32,093 bases of DNA. Origin: Candidatus Desantisbacteria bacterium (GTDB lineage: Bacteria; UBA9089; CG2-30-40-21). Shown in pieces: positions 20,231 to 29,241 of this stretch. Below the pieces are notes generated by a model, which ran no database searches, was not told the DNA's origin, and saw only the letters and a program-made list of their open reading frames with translations. The stretch covers positions 1 through 32,093 of the forward strand of contig JAZDHC010000143.1 of the NCBI GenBank assembly GCA_043806395.1, in the 5' to 3' direction. Every line of letters begins with the position of its first letter. Position 1 is the first letter of the stretch. The translations under genes were made by a program, and so were the position numbers.

Positions 20231-20495
20231 TTCTGATGCCAAGCTGGTACAATTTACCTGCCAACTCAAAGGCAGGCAATTGGCTCACCAAAATAGTTAT
20301 TCCTTCCTGTTTTGCTTTTTCCAGGGTATCTTCTGCTGGTTGTCGATTATTTACTAATATAATTCCCGATAATTCCTTTAAAACAGCCACAGCCACGATA
20401 TTCTGATGAACTTGCAGGGTAATCCAGACATTTCCCCTTTGAGCATGAGCAATGACATCAGACAATAAATCAGAAACATAACCGCCGCTTAATAT
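20217..20495 (-). pseudogene. DRTGG-domain protein lacking its N-terminus
   Basis: The frame extends upstream of the tracked start as LSGGYVSDLLSDVIA, then VWITLQVHQNIVAVA; an in-frame TGA lies inside the 20500-20540 palindrome and there is no ATG/RBS. Confidence 0.7.
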
Positions 20496-20499
20496 TTTT

Positions 20500-20540
20500 G
20501 GTGATCAGTTATCGGTATTTACTACCGATAACTGATCACC
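20500..20540. repeat. Perfect 18-bp-stem palindrome built from 7-mer units
   Basis: GGTGATCAGTTATCGGTA-TTTAC-TACCGATAACTGATCACC. Confidence 0.9.
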
Positions 20541-20610
20541 GATTACTATTTGACCACTCCGCCTGACAACTTGTTATTCTCATTCAAATCATGCCCGGAT
20601 AAATAGCCAA

Positions 20611-20892
20611 CTATTTACCCTTCTCATCTTCATCCTCATCTTCATCCCAATCATCCTCATCCTCATCCTCATCCCAATCATCCTCATCCTGTCCATGTCC
20701 CACAGACGATAATCCCTTAGCTACCTCTGCCACCAACCGAAAACATGACAGTTCACATAATCCGGTTGTTTCTAATATCTCCGGCATATGCTCTCCTACA
20801 TTTGACAGGTAAGCAACGCAACTCTCATCACACACCCTTTCCATATAACAACATTTTTTCTCTTTCTTTACCTCTGTCTTACAACAACCCAT
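20611..20892 (-). CDS. Small Cys-rich protein with a highly acidic C-terminal tail
   Basis: AGGAGG RBS; 8 Cys (CC, CC-x5-C-x3-C, C-x3-C); tail with (DEDDWDEDE)-like repeats. Confidence 0.75.
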   Translation of the reverse strand: MGCCKTEVKKEKKCCYMERVCDESCVAYLSNVGEHMPEILETTGLCELSCFRLVAEVAKGLSSVGHGQDEDDWDEDEDEDDWDEDEDEDEKGK

Positions 20893-20893
20893 T

Positions 20894-21472
20894 TCAATTA
20901 TACCTCCTTAATATATCTATAATCTTCCCAGGCGTTACCATGCCATGGGTATCTTCACCAACTAATACAGCCGGGGCAAGCCCACAAGCCCCAATACATC
21001 GCACAGCCTCAAGTGTAAATTTTTTATCTTCCGTGGTTTCTCCAACCTGAATCCCTAATTCAGACTCAAGCTTAACAATAATCTCCTGTGCACCCTTAAC
21101 ATAACAAGCAGTTCCAGTACAAACCTTAATCAGATATTTGCCCTTTGGCACAGTAGTAAAAAAAGCATAAAATGTAACCACCCCAAAGATATGAGCTGGC
21201 GGCACATTAATTCCTACAGCAATATGCCGTTGCAATTGAGCAGGTAGATACCCAAACGCTTCTTGAGTTTCCTTCAGAATGGGGATAAGATAATTGGGCT
21301 TTGCACCATACTTTGCCACAATAGCATCTATCTGTGCCAATTGCTCGGGCGAAAATATTTCTATTGGTTCGGGGCTTGATTGAATCTTTGAACTCAATTT
21401 TTCATCACCCATTGTGTTCTTCAAAGCCATAAGTGTTTCATCTTGTTTGCAATTACAATTACATCCTGCCAT
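20894..21472 (-). CDS. nuoE: NuoE/HydC(BfuC)-like [2Fe-2S] subunit, copy 1
   Basis: GVVTFYAFF, VCTGTACYVKG, RCIGACGLAP; N-terminal extension MAGCNCNC. Confidence 0.92.
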   Translation of the reverse strand: MAGCNCNCKQDETLMALKNTMGDEKLSSKIQSSPEPIEIFSPEQLAQIDAIVAKYGAKPNYLIPILKETQEAFGYLPAQLQRHIAVGINVPPAHIFGVVTFYAFFTTVPKGKYLIKVCTGTACYVKGAQEIIVKLESELGIQVGETTEDKKFTLEAVRCIGACGLAPAVLVGEDTHGMVTPGKIIDILRRYN

Positions 21473-21490
21473 AACTTTTTTACCTCAAAA

Positions 21491-21910
21491 TTATTTCATC
21501 TTTAACAAAGGCAAATACGGTGACTCTGGCCTTACTTTCAAAGTTTGCTCACTACAATCTACGATTAAGTCCATCACTTCCATAATAATTTGCCCAACCA
21601 ATGGTTCAGAATTTGGTGGACCAACAATACAATCCGTATTCATTTGTCTATTGCCAATTCGTACACTTACTACACCAGCGATATTCCTTTCTTCTTTCCT
21701 TTCATCAGCATAGGTCACCACAGCCTTTCGTATAATCTCAAGTCCAAGAGCCTCCACGAGATCTTGTGGCAACATCAACATTATTGCCCCAGTATCTACA
21801 AGGGCTGTTGCTTCTTCTTTGCGAATTTGTGATTCCTTAATCTCTTTATTTGTACATCGATACCTGTCCCATGCATTTTCAAGACAGAGCGTTACATTTA
21901 CCTCACCCAT
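21491..21910 (-). CDS. Clan AA (retropepsin-like) aspartic protease, AF_0612-like
   Basis: ALVDTGA catalytic motif, LPQDLVEALGL, YAD, PLVGQIIMEVMDL; ATG 21910 with AGGAG RBS. Confidence 0.85.
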   Translation of the reverse strand: MGEVNVTLCLENAWDRYRCTNKEIKESQIRKEEATALVDTGAIMLMLPQDLVEALGLEIIRKAVVTYADERKEERNIAGVVSVRIGNRQMNTDCIVGPPNSEPLVGQIIMEVMDLIVDCSEQTLKVRPESPYLPLLKMK

Positions 21911-21920
21911 TTTTCTTCTC

Positions 21921-23099
21921 CTACCTGTCAATCTCCCCTAACACAATATCCAATGTTCCAATAATTGCCACCACATCAGCTATCATCGTGTTATTCTCAC
22001 ACATCTTGCCAATTGCCTGAAGGTTGGCAAAGGATGGCGTGCGAATTTTCATGCGATATGGTTTTGGAGAGCCATCACTAATGATATAAAAACCAAGCTC
22101 ACCTTTGGGTGCTTCAATAGATTGATATATCTCACCTATTGGCGGATTAAATCCCTCGGACATGATATGAAAGTGATGGATAAGGGATTCTATCGTCGTA
22201 TTCACCTTGTCTTTTGTTGGAGGCACGACCCTTGGATCATTTGCCATGAGCTTGCCCTCAGGCATCTTTTCAAGAGCCTGTTTAACTATACCATGGCTTT
22301 GTCTCATCTCTTCCAATCGTACCAGATATCGGTCGTATGTATCTCCTACTCCCCTGCCGGTTGGGATAGAAAAGTCAAGCTCATTATAAACACAATAGGG
22401 TTCTGCCCTTCGAATATCCCATTCAACCCCTGAGCCGCGAAGACAGGGACCACTCAGGCTATAATTTACAGCGTCCTCAGCAGAGATAATCCCCACATTT
22501 ACAGTGCGATCAAGCCATATCTTATTATTTGTCAATAATGCCTCATACTCATTTATTTTTGATGGAAATATATTAATAAACTCCGTTATCTTCTGTCGAG
22601 TGTTATTATCAATATCCTTTGGCACACCACCAATGCGAAAGGCAGTGGTAGTAAGCCTTGAGCCACAATACGACTCAAAGATGTCAAGTAGCAACTCCCT
22701 TTCTCTAAAGCAATACATGAATGGTGTAAATGCCCCTAAATCAAGGGCATGGGTTGCTAACCAGACAAGGTGGCTGACTATTCGGGTAAGTTCAGCCAGA
22801 ATTACCCTGATATAGCTTGCCCTCTTTGGCACACTTAACCCCAATAACTTTTCCACAGCAAGACAATAGGCAAGATTATTGGAAATCGCAGCAATATAAT
22901 CAAGCCTATCTGTCACCGGCAGAAATTGGGCATAGGTTTTGTTCTCAGCCAGTTTCTCCAGCCCACGGTGCAAATAACCCAGATCAGGTATAACCTTAGT
23001 TACCACCTCACCATCAAGGTGCACAATCAGTCTCAATACCCCATGCGTACTTGGGTGTTGAGGACCCATATTAACGATTAATTCTTGTACTTCAGACAT
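21921..23099 (-). CDS. nuoD: NADH-quinone oxidoreductase subunit D
   Basis: NMGPQHPSTHGVLRL, GYLHRGLEK, DRLDY, EAPKGE, GEIDR; no NiFe CxxC motifs. Confidence 0.96.
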   Translation of the reverse strand: MSEVQELIVNMGPQHPSTHGVLRLIVHLDGEVVTKVIPDLGYLHRGLEKLAENKTYAQFLPVTDRLDYIAAISNNLAYCLAVEKLLGLSVPKRASYIRVILAELTRIVSHLVWLATHALDLGAFTPFMYCFRERELLLDIFESYCGSRLTTTAFRIGGVPKDIDNNTRQKITEFINIFPSKINEYEALLTNNKIWLDRTVNVGIISAEDAVNYSLSGPCLRGSGVEWDIRRAEPYCVYNELDFSIPTGRGVGDTYDRYLVRLEEMRQSHGIVKQALEKMPEGKLMANDPRVVPPTKDKVNTTIESLIHHFHIMSEGFNPPIGEIYQSIEAPKGELGFYIISDGSPKPYRMKIRTPSFANLQAIGKMCENNTMIADVVAIIGTLDIVLGEIDR

Positions 23100-23129
23100 T
23101 TTTTGTCCTCTTTATCTGGAAATGCTCTC

Positions 23130-23184
23130 GGTGGCACAGGCATCCTTGCCTGTGGTCCACAGGCTGGAAGTCTGCGAGACTACC
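23130..23184. repeat. GTAG/GTGG-type REP doublet, second family
   Basis: GGTGG-CACAGGCATCCTTGCCTGTG-GTC-CACAGGCTGGAAGTCTGCGAGA-CTACC. Confidence 0.7.
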
Positions 23185-23252
23185 TTGATTTTCATCCCTT
23201 TGCAGGAATATACACCATGTTACTCGCCAAGCCTCATTTCCAATTGTCTCAA

Positions 23253-23392
23253 GGGCATCTCTAAAAGCTCAATCAAGTCATGATGGCAAGGCGCAAAGAT
23301 GCGAAAAAGCGCAGTTTACATGTGGTAAATGAGCATTTTAAGCAGCTTTGCAACGCCGCCAGCGTGGCTTCAGTGAGTTTTTAGAGATGCCC
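23253..23392. mobile_element. MITE, 140 bp, with 14-bp TIRs and a 4-bp target duplication
   Basis: GGGCATCTCTAAAA ... TTTTAGAGATGCCC flanked by TCAA at 23249-23252 and 23393-23396; second copy at 1-137. Confidence 0.9.
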
Positions 23393-23845
23393 TCAAAATA
23401 TCTCCAGCATTTTGCCTATCAATCCTGCCATTGAAATAGCAGCAAATGTCATGGCAAAAGTAAATAATCTGGTGGTTAATGCCCTGTTTTCTCTTAATCC
23501 TGCATCTATTTTTACATCCACCCTTTCTATCAATTTATCTAATTTAACATCAATTTGTTCAAATCGTTTGTCTATCTTATCAAATCGTTTGTCCACTTGT
23601 TCAAATCGCTTGTCCATCTTATCTTCAAGGGATTTTACCCCTGATTTTACATCATCTACCTGTTGTTGTAAATGATCAAATTTTACATTTATTTGTTGTT
23701 GCAAATAGCCGAATTTTAGATCCATTTGTTGTTGCAAGTGGTCAAAACGAACCTCAAAATATTTTGAGGTTGGGATGATATTTGTTATTAATACATCCAT
23801 TGTCTTTTTATCAAGCATTAATCCTTCTTCTTTTTCTTCTGCCAT
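23393..23845 (-). CDS. Hypothetical coiled-coil repeat protein with a C-terminal TM helix
   Basis: 11-aa repeats (FDHLQQQMDLK/FGYLQQQINVK/FDHLQQQVDDV), 7-aa repeats (DKRFEQV/DKRFDKI/DKRFEQI), hydrophobic C-terminus; GGGAG RBS. Confidence 0.8.
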   Translation of the reverse strand: MAEEKEEGLMLDKKTMDVLITNIIPTSKYFEVRFDHLQQQMDLKFGYLQQQINVKFDHLQQQVDDVKSGVKSLEDKMDKRFEQVDKRFDKIDKRFEQIDVKLDKLIERVDVKIDAGLRENRALTTRLFTFAMTFAAISMAGLIGKMLEIF

Positions 23846-23857
23846 ATCAATATCTCC

Positions 23858-24358
23858 CTACACCGGCACATGCGTCCTTAACTTTTCCTCAAGCCATTTC
23901 TCACCCACATCTGTCACCAATGGATAATCCTTTCGCAATGGATGTCCTTCCCAATCCTCAGGCAATAAAATTCGCCGAAGATCCGAATGATTATCAAACA
24001 CAATGCCAAACATATCATAAACCTCGCGTTCAAACCAGTTAGCTGCCTTCCAGACACTCTCCACCGAAGCAATGATTCCATTCTCTTCAACAGCAGCCTT
24101 TAGCCTGAGGCGATGCCTTTTGTTTATTGAATATAGATGATAGACTACATCAAAACGAGGTTGTCTTTCTGGATAATCCACACCACAAATATCTGTTAGA
24201 TAATCAAACTCTATCGTTGGTGTATCATGAAGAAATTTGCAGAACTCAAGAATGCTTTCCTTTTTAACACGAATGGTTAAATCCAACGCATCATCTACCT
24301 CTTCAATTGCTCCTGCAAATTTTGCTTTTATTGTATCAACGATTTCCTGTTTACTCAT
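23858..24358 (-). CDS. nuoC: NADH-quinone oxidoreductase subunit C
   Basis: GVDYP, RFDVVYHL, ANWFEREVYDMFGI, GHPLRKDYP. Confidence 0.96.
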   Translation of the reverse strand: MSKQEIVDTIKAKFAGAIEEVDDALDLTIRVKKESILEFCKFLHDTPTIEFDYLTDICGVDYPERQPRFDVVYHLYSINKRHRLRLKAAVEENGIIASVESVWKAANWFEREVYDMFGIVFDNHSDLRRILLPEDWEGHPLRKDYPLVTDVGEKWLEEKLRTHVPV

Positions 24359-24399
24359 ATTTGCCTGCCTTTTTAGTCTGTAACCTATAGCCTAATTGT

Positions 24400-24924
24400 C
24401 TACAGTCTATTCACCTGAGTAGTTACAATACTCATTCCCTTAATCTTGTCCTGCAACTTCATCAATCCATACAAAAGCCCCTCTGGTCTTGGCGGACAAC
24501 CAGGGACGAAAACATCAACCGGTATAATCTTATCCACGCCCTGTACTACATTGTATGTATTGAATATTCCGCCAGAATTAGCACAACTGCCCATGGATAT
24601 GACCCATTTTGGGTCAGGCATCTGATTGTATAATAATTCAATGCGTGGTGCCATCTTATAAGTAACCGTACCAGCAATAATCATCAAATCAGCCTGTCTT
24701 GGTGATGGTCTGAATACCTCAGCCCCAAATCGAGCAAGATCATACCGAGATGCACCTGTAGCCATCATCTCAATGGCACAGCATGCCAGACCAAAGGTCA
24801 GTGGCCATAAGGATGATCGTCTTGCCCAATTAATCATAAAATCCATTGGTGCCAGAACTATTTGTCCACCGGGTATTTTTTCAATCCTTACCCCTACTTG
24901 TTCAAGAATACTCATAACAACCAC
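24400..24924 (-). CDS. nuoB: NADH-quinone oxidoreductase subunit B
   Basis: [30 protein letters not shown]; start at GTG 24924 or ATG 24915. Confidence 0.96.
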   Translation of the reverse strand: MVVMSILEQVGVRIEKIPGGQIVLAPMDFMINWARRSSLWPLTFGLACCAIEMMATGASRYDLARFGAEVFRPSPRQADLMIIAGTVTYKMAPRIELLYNQMPDPKWVISMGSCANSGGIFNTYNVVQGVDKIIPVDVFVPGCPPRPEGLLYGLMKLQDKIKGMSIVTTQVNRL

Positions 24925-24941
24925 ATCCTATTTAATATTAC

Positions 24942-25304
24942 TCAATTCCATTTCAACACACCCTTACGCCACGCATAAAGCAAGCCAATAAGCAAGATAA
25001 CAATAAAAATAGCCATTTCCACAAAAGCAACCAACCCTAATTCCTTAAATACCACTGCCCATGGGAACAGAAAGGCTACCTCAACATCAAAGACAACAAA
25101 TATCAAGGCAAAGAGATAGTATCGCATATTAAACTGTACCCAGGAGGAACCCACTGGCACCTCTCCGCATTCATAGGTAAACAGCTTTTTGGGTGATGGG
25201 TTGCTCGGACGAACAAGCCAGTTGGTCACATAACCACCAAACACAAACAGCATCCCAAGCCCCATAAATAAAATAACCCATCCATAATCAGCTAAAAGGT
25301 TCAT
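24942..25304 (-). CDS. nuoA: NADH-quinone oxidoreductase subunit A
   Basis: YECG, YYLFALIFVVFDVE, YAWRKGVLKW; ATG 25304 has a GGAGAGG RBS (alternative start 25316). Confidence 0.95.
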   Translation of the reverse strand: MNLLADYGWVILFMGLGMLFVFGGYVTNWLVRPSNPSPKKLFTYECGEVPVGSSWVQFNMRYYLFALIFVVFDVEVAFLFPWAVVFKELGLVAFVEMAIFIVILLIGLLYAWRKGVLKWN

Positions 25305-25330
25305 AATCCTCTCCATTTTGTAAGTTGTGG

Positions 25331-25525
25331 GTAACTACTCAGGTAGAGGAATTCACCACAGAGACACGGAGAACCACAAGAGATTTTCAGGGTGTTTTTA
25401 AGGTGTTCCCCTACGATTTAAGGCAACTTCTTCTGCAAGAAAAGTGAGAAATGAAAAAATAAGGGCATTCTTCATCAATTCTCCGTGTTCTCCGTGCTCT
25501 CTGTGTCTCCGTGGTGAGTAGTTAC
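25331..25525. mobile_element. MITE-like element, 195 bp, with GTAA ends and tandem-repeat inner arms
   Basis: TIR GTAACTACTCA / TGAGTAGTTAC; inner arms TCACCACAGAGACACGGAGA / TCTCTGTGTCTCCGTGGTGA; flanks AGTTGTGG / AATTGTGG (7 of 8 match). Confidence 0.8.
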
Positions 25526-25535
25526 AATTGTGGTT

Positions 25536-25564
25536 ATTATACTTTATGACAGTAACTTTGTCAA
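25536..25564 (-). promoter_or_regulatory. Sigma70 promoter of the nuo operon
   Basis: Minus strand TTGACA (25564-25559), 17-nt spacer, TATAAT (25541-25536): perfect consensus pointing at nuoA. Confidence 0.85.
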
Positions 25565-25678
25565 GTTATATTTTTGTAAAACAGCACATTTTTTTTATGC
25601 TCTTAATAATAGCTACTCATAATTGTCATTGTTGCGGTTACGATCAATAAACTCAAAAGTTCAGAACTTCAATACTTC

Positions 25679-27391
25679 CTACCTTCTGAACAACCTCACC
25701 TCTTTCCCTGTAACCACATCCCATAATCGAACCGTGTCATCTGAACTGCCAGAGACAATATATTTCCCATCAGAGGTAACAGCTACAGAGGTAACATCAT
25801 CTGTATGCCCTCGCAAAAGCTTTGCCTGTTTGCCTGTAGCTACATCCCAGATACGGACACTTCCATCCCGACTGCCTGAGACAATATACCGCATGTCTGG
25901 TGTAGGATGAGCAGAATATATCCATGATTCATATTCCTTTAGCTGTTTCACCTGCTTGCCTGTCTTTATCTCCCACAGTCGAACCATTTTATCCCTTGAA
26001 CCAGAGATGATAAATCTGGTATCATGACTAAATCCAACACATGTTACTGCCTCTGTATGTTCCGTCCATGTTTTACAGCATTCACCAGTAACCGTTACCC
26101 ACAGTCGTACCGTGTTATCGCTACTTCCAGAGACGATATACCTTCCATCATCCGGGTCAAAGGCAAGGCTTAATACGGCATCGCTATGTCCGGTATACAC
26201 CCGAACAAGTTTATTGTCTGGTATTTTCCACAGCCGAATAGTTTTGTCTTTACTTCCAGAGGCAATATATCGGCAATCAGGGCTAAAGGCAACAGCCGTA
26301 ACAGAGTCAGCATGTCCTGGAAAGGCAGTAATCAGTCCCCCTTTTTCTACATCCCAGACACGAACCGTTCTGTCTGCCCCTCCGCTTACTAAATATTTAC
26401 CATCCGGGCTAAAGGCAAGGGACATAACAGTACCAGTATGCCCCTTAAATGTCTTTACCAATTTGCCACTGACTGAATCCCACATACATATTGTTTTATC
26501 TGAACTGCCAGAGGCAATATACCTGTCGAGAGGACTAAAACTAACTACAATCACATCATTTGTATGCCCTTGCAAATAGCCGCGATGCCTGCCGCAAAGC
26601 ACATCCCATAGTCGAACGAGTTTATCTGAACTGCCGGTAATCATGTGATCCCCATCATTGCTAAAGGCAGCACAATAAATATCTGTTGTGTATCCCTTAA
26701 ACCTTTTGATGAGCTTTCCTGTAGTAACATCCCAGAAGCCAATGGTTTCATCCATGCTGCCAGAGATAATGTATTTACCATCCTTGCTAAACACGGTTGA
26801 ATACACAGCAGCATCATGTCCTTCAATTTTTTTGATGATATTGCCGGTAGCTACCTCCCACAAATATATATGCTTATCTGTACCACCAGATATAAGATAT
26901 TTTCCATCAGGGCTAAATTCCACTGATCTGACCCATGAGGTATGTCCCTTAAGTGTTTTGATCATCTTGTCATTCTTAATATCCCATATATGGATAACCC
27001 CTTCTCCACTGCTTGAGGCAATATATTTACTATCAGGGCTAAAGGAAATTGAATAAACCCATGATTTATGCTCATAAAAGATTTGCACAACCTTGCCTGC
27101 GGCAACATCCCAAAGACGGATTGTCTTGTCAATGCTTCCTGAGGCAATGTATTTACCATCCGGGCTAAAGGCAAGGCATTTGACCCAGGCAGCATGTCCC
27201 TTGAATGTTTTAATGAGTTTGCCTGTAGCCGTTTCCCAGAGATAGATAACCTTATCCAATCCAGTGGTTGCTACAAATTTATCATCAGGGCTAAAAACTA
27301 CGGATTCAATATTAGGGATATTTGGCTCATCATAACATTCCCCTGCTCCGAGGCTTATGATAAGGATAAAAATTACAACAAATGTTCTCAT
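25679..27391 (-). CDS. WD40-repeat protein with an N-terminal signal peptide
   Basis: 13 repeats of GH..V.SVAFSPDG.Y..SGS.D..VRLWD type; hydrophobic N-terminus MRTFVVIFILIISLGA. Confidence 0.93.
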   Translation of the reverse strand: MRTFVVIFILIISLGAGECYDEPNIPNIESVVFSPDDKFVATTGLDKVIYLWETATGKLIKTFKGHAAWVKCLAFSPDGKYIASGSIDKTIRLWDVAAGKVVQIFYEHKSWVYSISFSPDSKYIASSSGEGVIHIWDIKNDKMIKTLKGHTSWVRSVEFSPDGKYLISGGTDKHIYLWEVATGNIIKKIEGHDAAVYSTVFSKDGKYIISGSMDETIGFWDVTTGKLIKRFKGYTTDIYCAAFSNDGDHMITGSSDKLVRLWDVLCGRHRGYLQGHTNDVIVVSFSPLDRYIASGSSDKTICMWDSVSGKLVKTFKGHTGTVMSLAFSPDGKYLVSGGADRTVRVWDVEKGGLITAFPGHADSVTAVAFSPDCRYIASGSKDKTIRLWKIPDNKLVRVYTGHSDAVLSLAFDPDDGRYIVSGSSDNTVRLWVTVTGECCKTWTEHTEAVTCVGFSHDTRFIISGSRDKMVRLWEIKTGKQVKQLKEYESWIYSAHPTPDMRYIVSGSRDGSVRIWDVATGKQAKLLRGHTDDVTSVAVTSDGKYIVSGSSDDTVRLWDVVTGKEVRLFRR

Positions 27392-27606
27392 ATTTATGCT
27401 TACTCACCATTTCTTAATGTAACTGTTTAGGTATTGTGTTGGTTCATTGGGAATCGTAATTTTTCATTCAATAATTTAGCGACTTTTCCGTATTTGTGAG
27501 GCGGTATCTCCACCCCAGATACAGAGGTTTTTTTAGGCATAAAAGGCAACTCAAGATTATCCTACTTAATCACCTTTCCCTTCTTTCGCAAGGACAAGAT
27601 TTAGTC

Positions 27607-27631
27607 GGTGGGGGAATACTGATCCCCCACC
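27607..27631. terminator. GC-rich hairpin right after the truncated amtB (terminator-like or REP remnant)
   Basis: GGTGGGGGA-ATACTGA-TCCCCCACC, 9-bp stem; no clear U-tract. Confidence 0.35.
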
Positions 27632-27633
27632 TC

Positions 27634-27972
27634 TCACGACAATAATCTATCGTCACCAATCAGCCCCCCTTTGTCGGGACCAAAGGCTAAACTGTAACCA
27701 AACAAAATCCATTGCAACCCAACAACATATAAGCCGACAAGGCATCCCTTCATCGTTGACAGAACATTTTTTCGTCTGACCATGCCACCATAAAACAGCC
27801 CAAGACCAGGGATCATGAGCATGACTAATGCGGTGGAGATGAGGAGCCATAATGTGTCTGCTTGATTAATTGCCATCTGAGTTGTTTGGTTAGCAACTGC
27901 ATTGCTGTTTGAAAAAATTGAGGCGAGTAATAAGATTGCTACTGGTAGTTGTTTCATTTTATTCTTCCACAT
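27634..27972 (-). pseudogene. amtB: Truncated AmtB ammonium transporter (N-terminal ~110 aa)
   Basis: [36 protein letters not shown] and [11 protein letters not shown] are AmtB TM1-TM2 motifs; the ORF stops after LIGD and I see no continuation downstream. Confidence 0.85.
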
Positions 27973-29132
27973 TATACACCATCAAACTCTTCAACATCAA
28001 CATACGGCTCTGACCTTCTGCCCAGAGCAGAAATAATTTTTCCAGTAATCAATCCAGTAATAGCGGCGAGTACAACTGTTACGAGTATGCCGATTAACTG
28101 AGCACTAACATTAATACCTGCAACAACAAAAAGGGCAGCTATACCGCCGAAGAGCCCCGGCAAGCCATGCAGATAAAACACACCGCAAGTATCAACCTTC
28201 TTGGTCATATCCGTCAATTTTGATTGAATGATCGCAAAGCCAAAGGTGGAGATGATCCCAGCCATGATACCGATTGCAAAGGCAGCAGCAGGAATGGACT
28301 GATTACAGGTTGAACCAATGGCCACACCGCCGGCCAGGGTTGCATTGGCAATATCCGCCGCTGATACCTTCCCTCTCAATTTGACTGACGCAAAATATGT
28401 AGCGATAGTTGATCCACAAAGTGCCAGTATGACATTGACGGCTGTCTTAGGCACATCTTCAGGGGCGACTAATGCCGCACAGAAACTGGGCCAGAATACC
28501 CATAACACCATGCTCCCCAGCAGGGAATATTTGTCGCTGTTTTCATCGCTCTCGATAGCGGTTTCACATTCCTTCATCGTTGTCATGGAGGCAGCCACTC
28601 CCAGTCCGAAGATGGCACCAAAGGCGTGGATGATGATTGAACCACCGGTATCTACCACATTACCCGTAATCAGACCTAATCCGCCATGGAGAACGATCCA
28701 TTCATTTAAGGCATAAAACGGGACAAAGATGATACCCAGCAGCATATATTGGTGCATTTTCAGGCGACCCAATACGGCTCCGGCACAGATCAACAAGCTG
28801 GCAGCAGCAAATTCGGACAGGATAAGTTTATCAATAACACTTCCAGAACTACCCATGACAGAAAAGCTGTCTTTCAGGAAGTATAAGGGGATCGAAACAC
28901 TTACTAATAAATAGGTTGCCGTTATTGTGGATCGCCCATATTTTTTAACAAAAACCATCAGGAATCCGAAACCTACCAGCAACATAGCCATAATGTGGAT
29001 GGCACGGTTGTATTTTTGTACATCGGTCAATGCTGCCAGACTATTGCCAGATATTTCAGCAGCATATACTACTCCACATGCTGTAAACATCAATGCGGTG
29101 AACAACAGGATTGTTTTAGTGTAATTTTTCAT
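27972..29132 (-). CDS. amt: Ammonia channel of the Amt/Mep/Rh superfamily, Rh50-type
   Basis: Rh signatures [46 protein letters not shown]; twin His in IHAFGA and LHGLPG; ATG 29132 with AAGGAG RBS. Confidence 0.9.
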   Translation of the reverse strand: MKNYTKTILLFTALMFTACGVVYAAEISGNSLAALTDVQKYNRAIHIMAMLLVGFGFLMVFVKKYGRSTITATYLLVSVSIPLYFLKDSFSVMGSSGSVIDKLILSEFAAASLLICAGAVLGRLKMHQYMLLGIIFVPFYALNEWIVLHGGLGLITGNVVDTGGSIIIHAFGAIFGLGVAASMTTMKECETAIESDENSDKYSLLGSMVLWVFWPSFCAALVAPEDVPKTAVNVILALCGSTIATYFASVKLRGKVSAADIANATLAGGVAIGSTCNQSIPAAAFAIGIMAGIISTFGFAIIQSKLTDMTKKVDTCGVFYLHGLPGLFGGIAALFVVAGINVSAQLIGILVTVVLAAITGLITGKIISALGRRSEPYVDVEEFDGV

Positions 29133-29182
29133 TGATTTCTCCTTTTGTGATAAGCACCAGACCATAAATATCTATAACAAAT

Positions 29183-29235
29183 GTAGCGGAGGGCTTTAGA
29201 CCTCCAGTAGATGGAAGTCTAAAGCCTTCCGCTAC
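29183..29235. repeat. GTAG-type REP doublet (same family as 3330-3385)
   Basis: GTAG-CGGAGGGCTTTAGACCTCCA-GTAGA-TGGAAGTCTAAAGCCTTCCG-CTAC. Confidence 0.85.
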
Positions 29236-29241
29236 AACACT

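Noticed and set aside
20625-20690. TCATCC-type repeats as a DNA element
   Set aside because: Explained by Asp/Glu codons of the acidic protein tail.
21921-24924. NuoD/NuoB as a group 4 [NiFe]-hydrogenase
   Set aside because: NuoD lacks both CxxC Ni-binding motifs, and NuoB has the complex I tandem CC.
27419-27432. GTAACTGTTTAGG as another end of the GTAA-MITE family
   Set aside because: Only a partial match, with no partner inverted repeat found.
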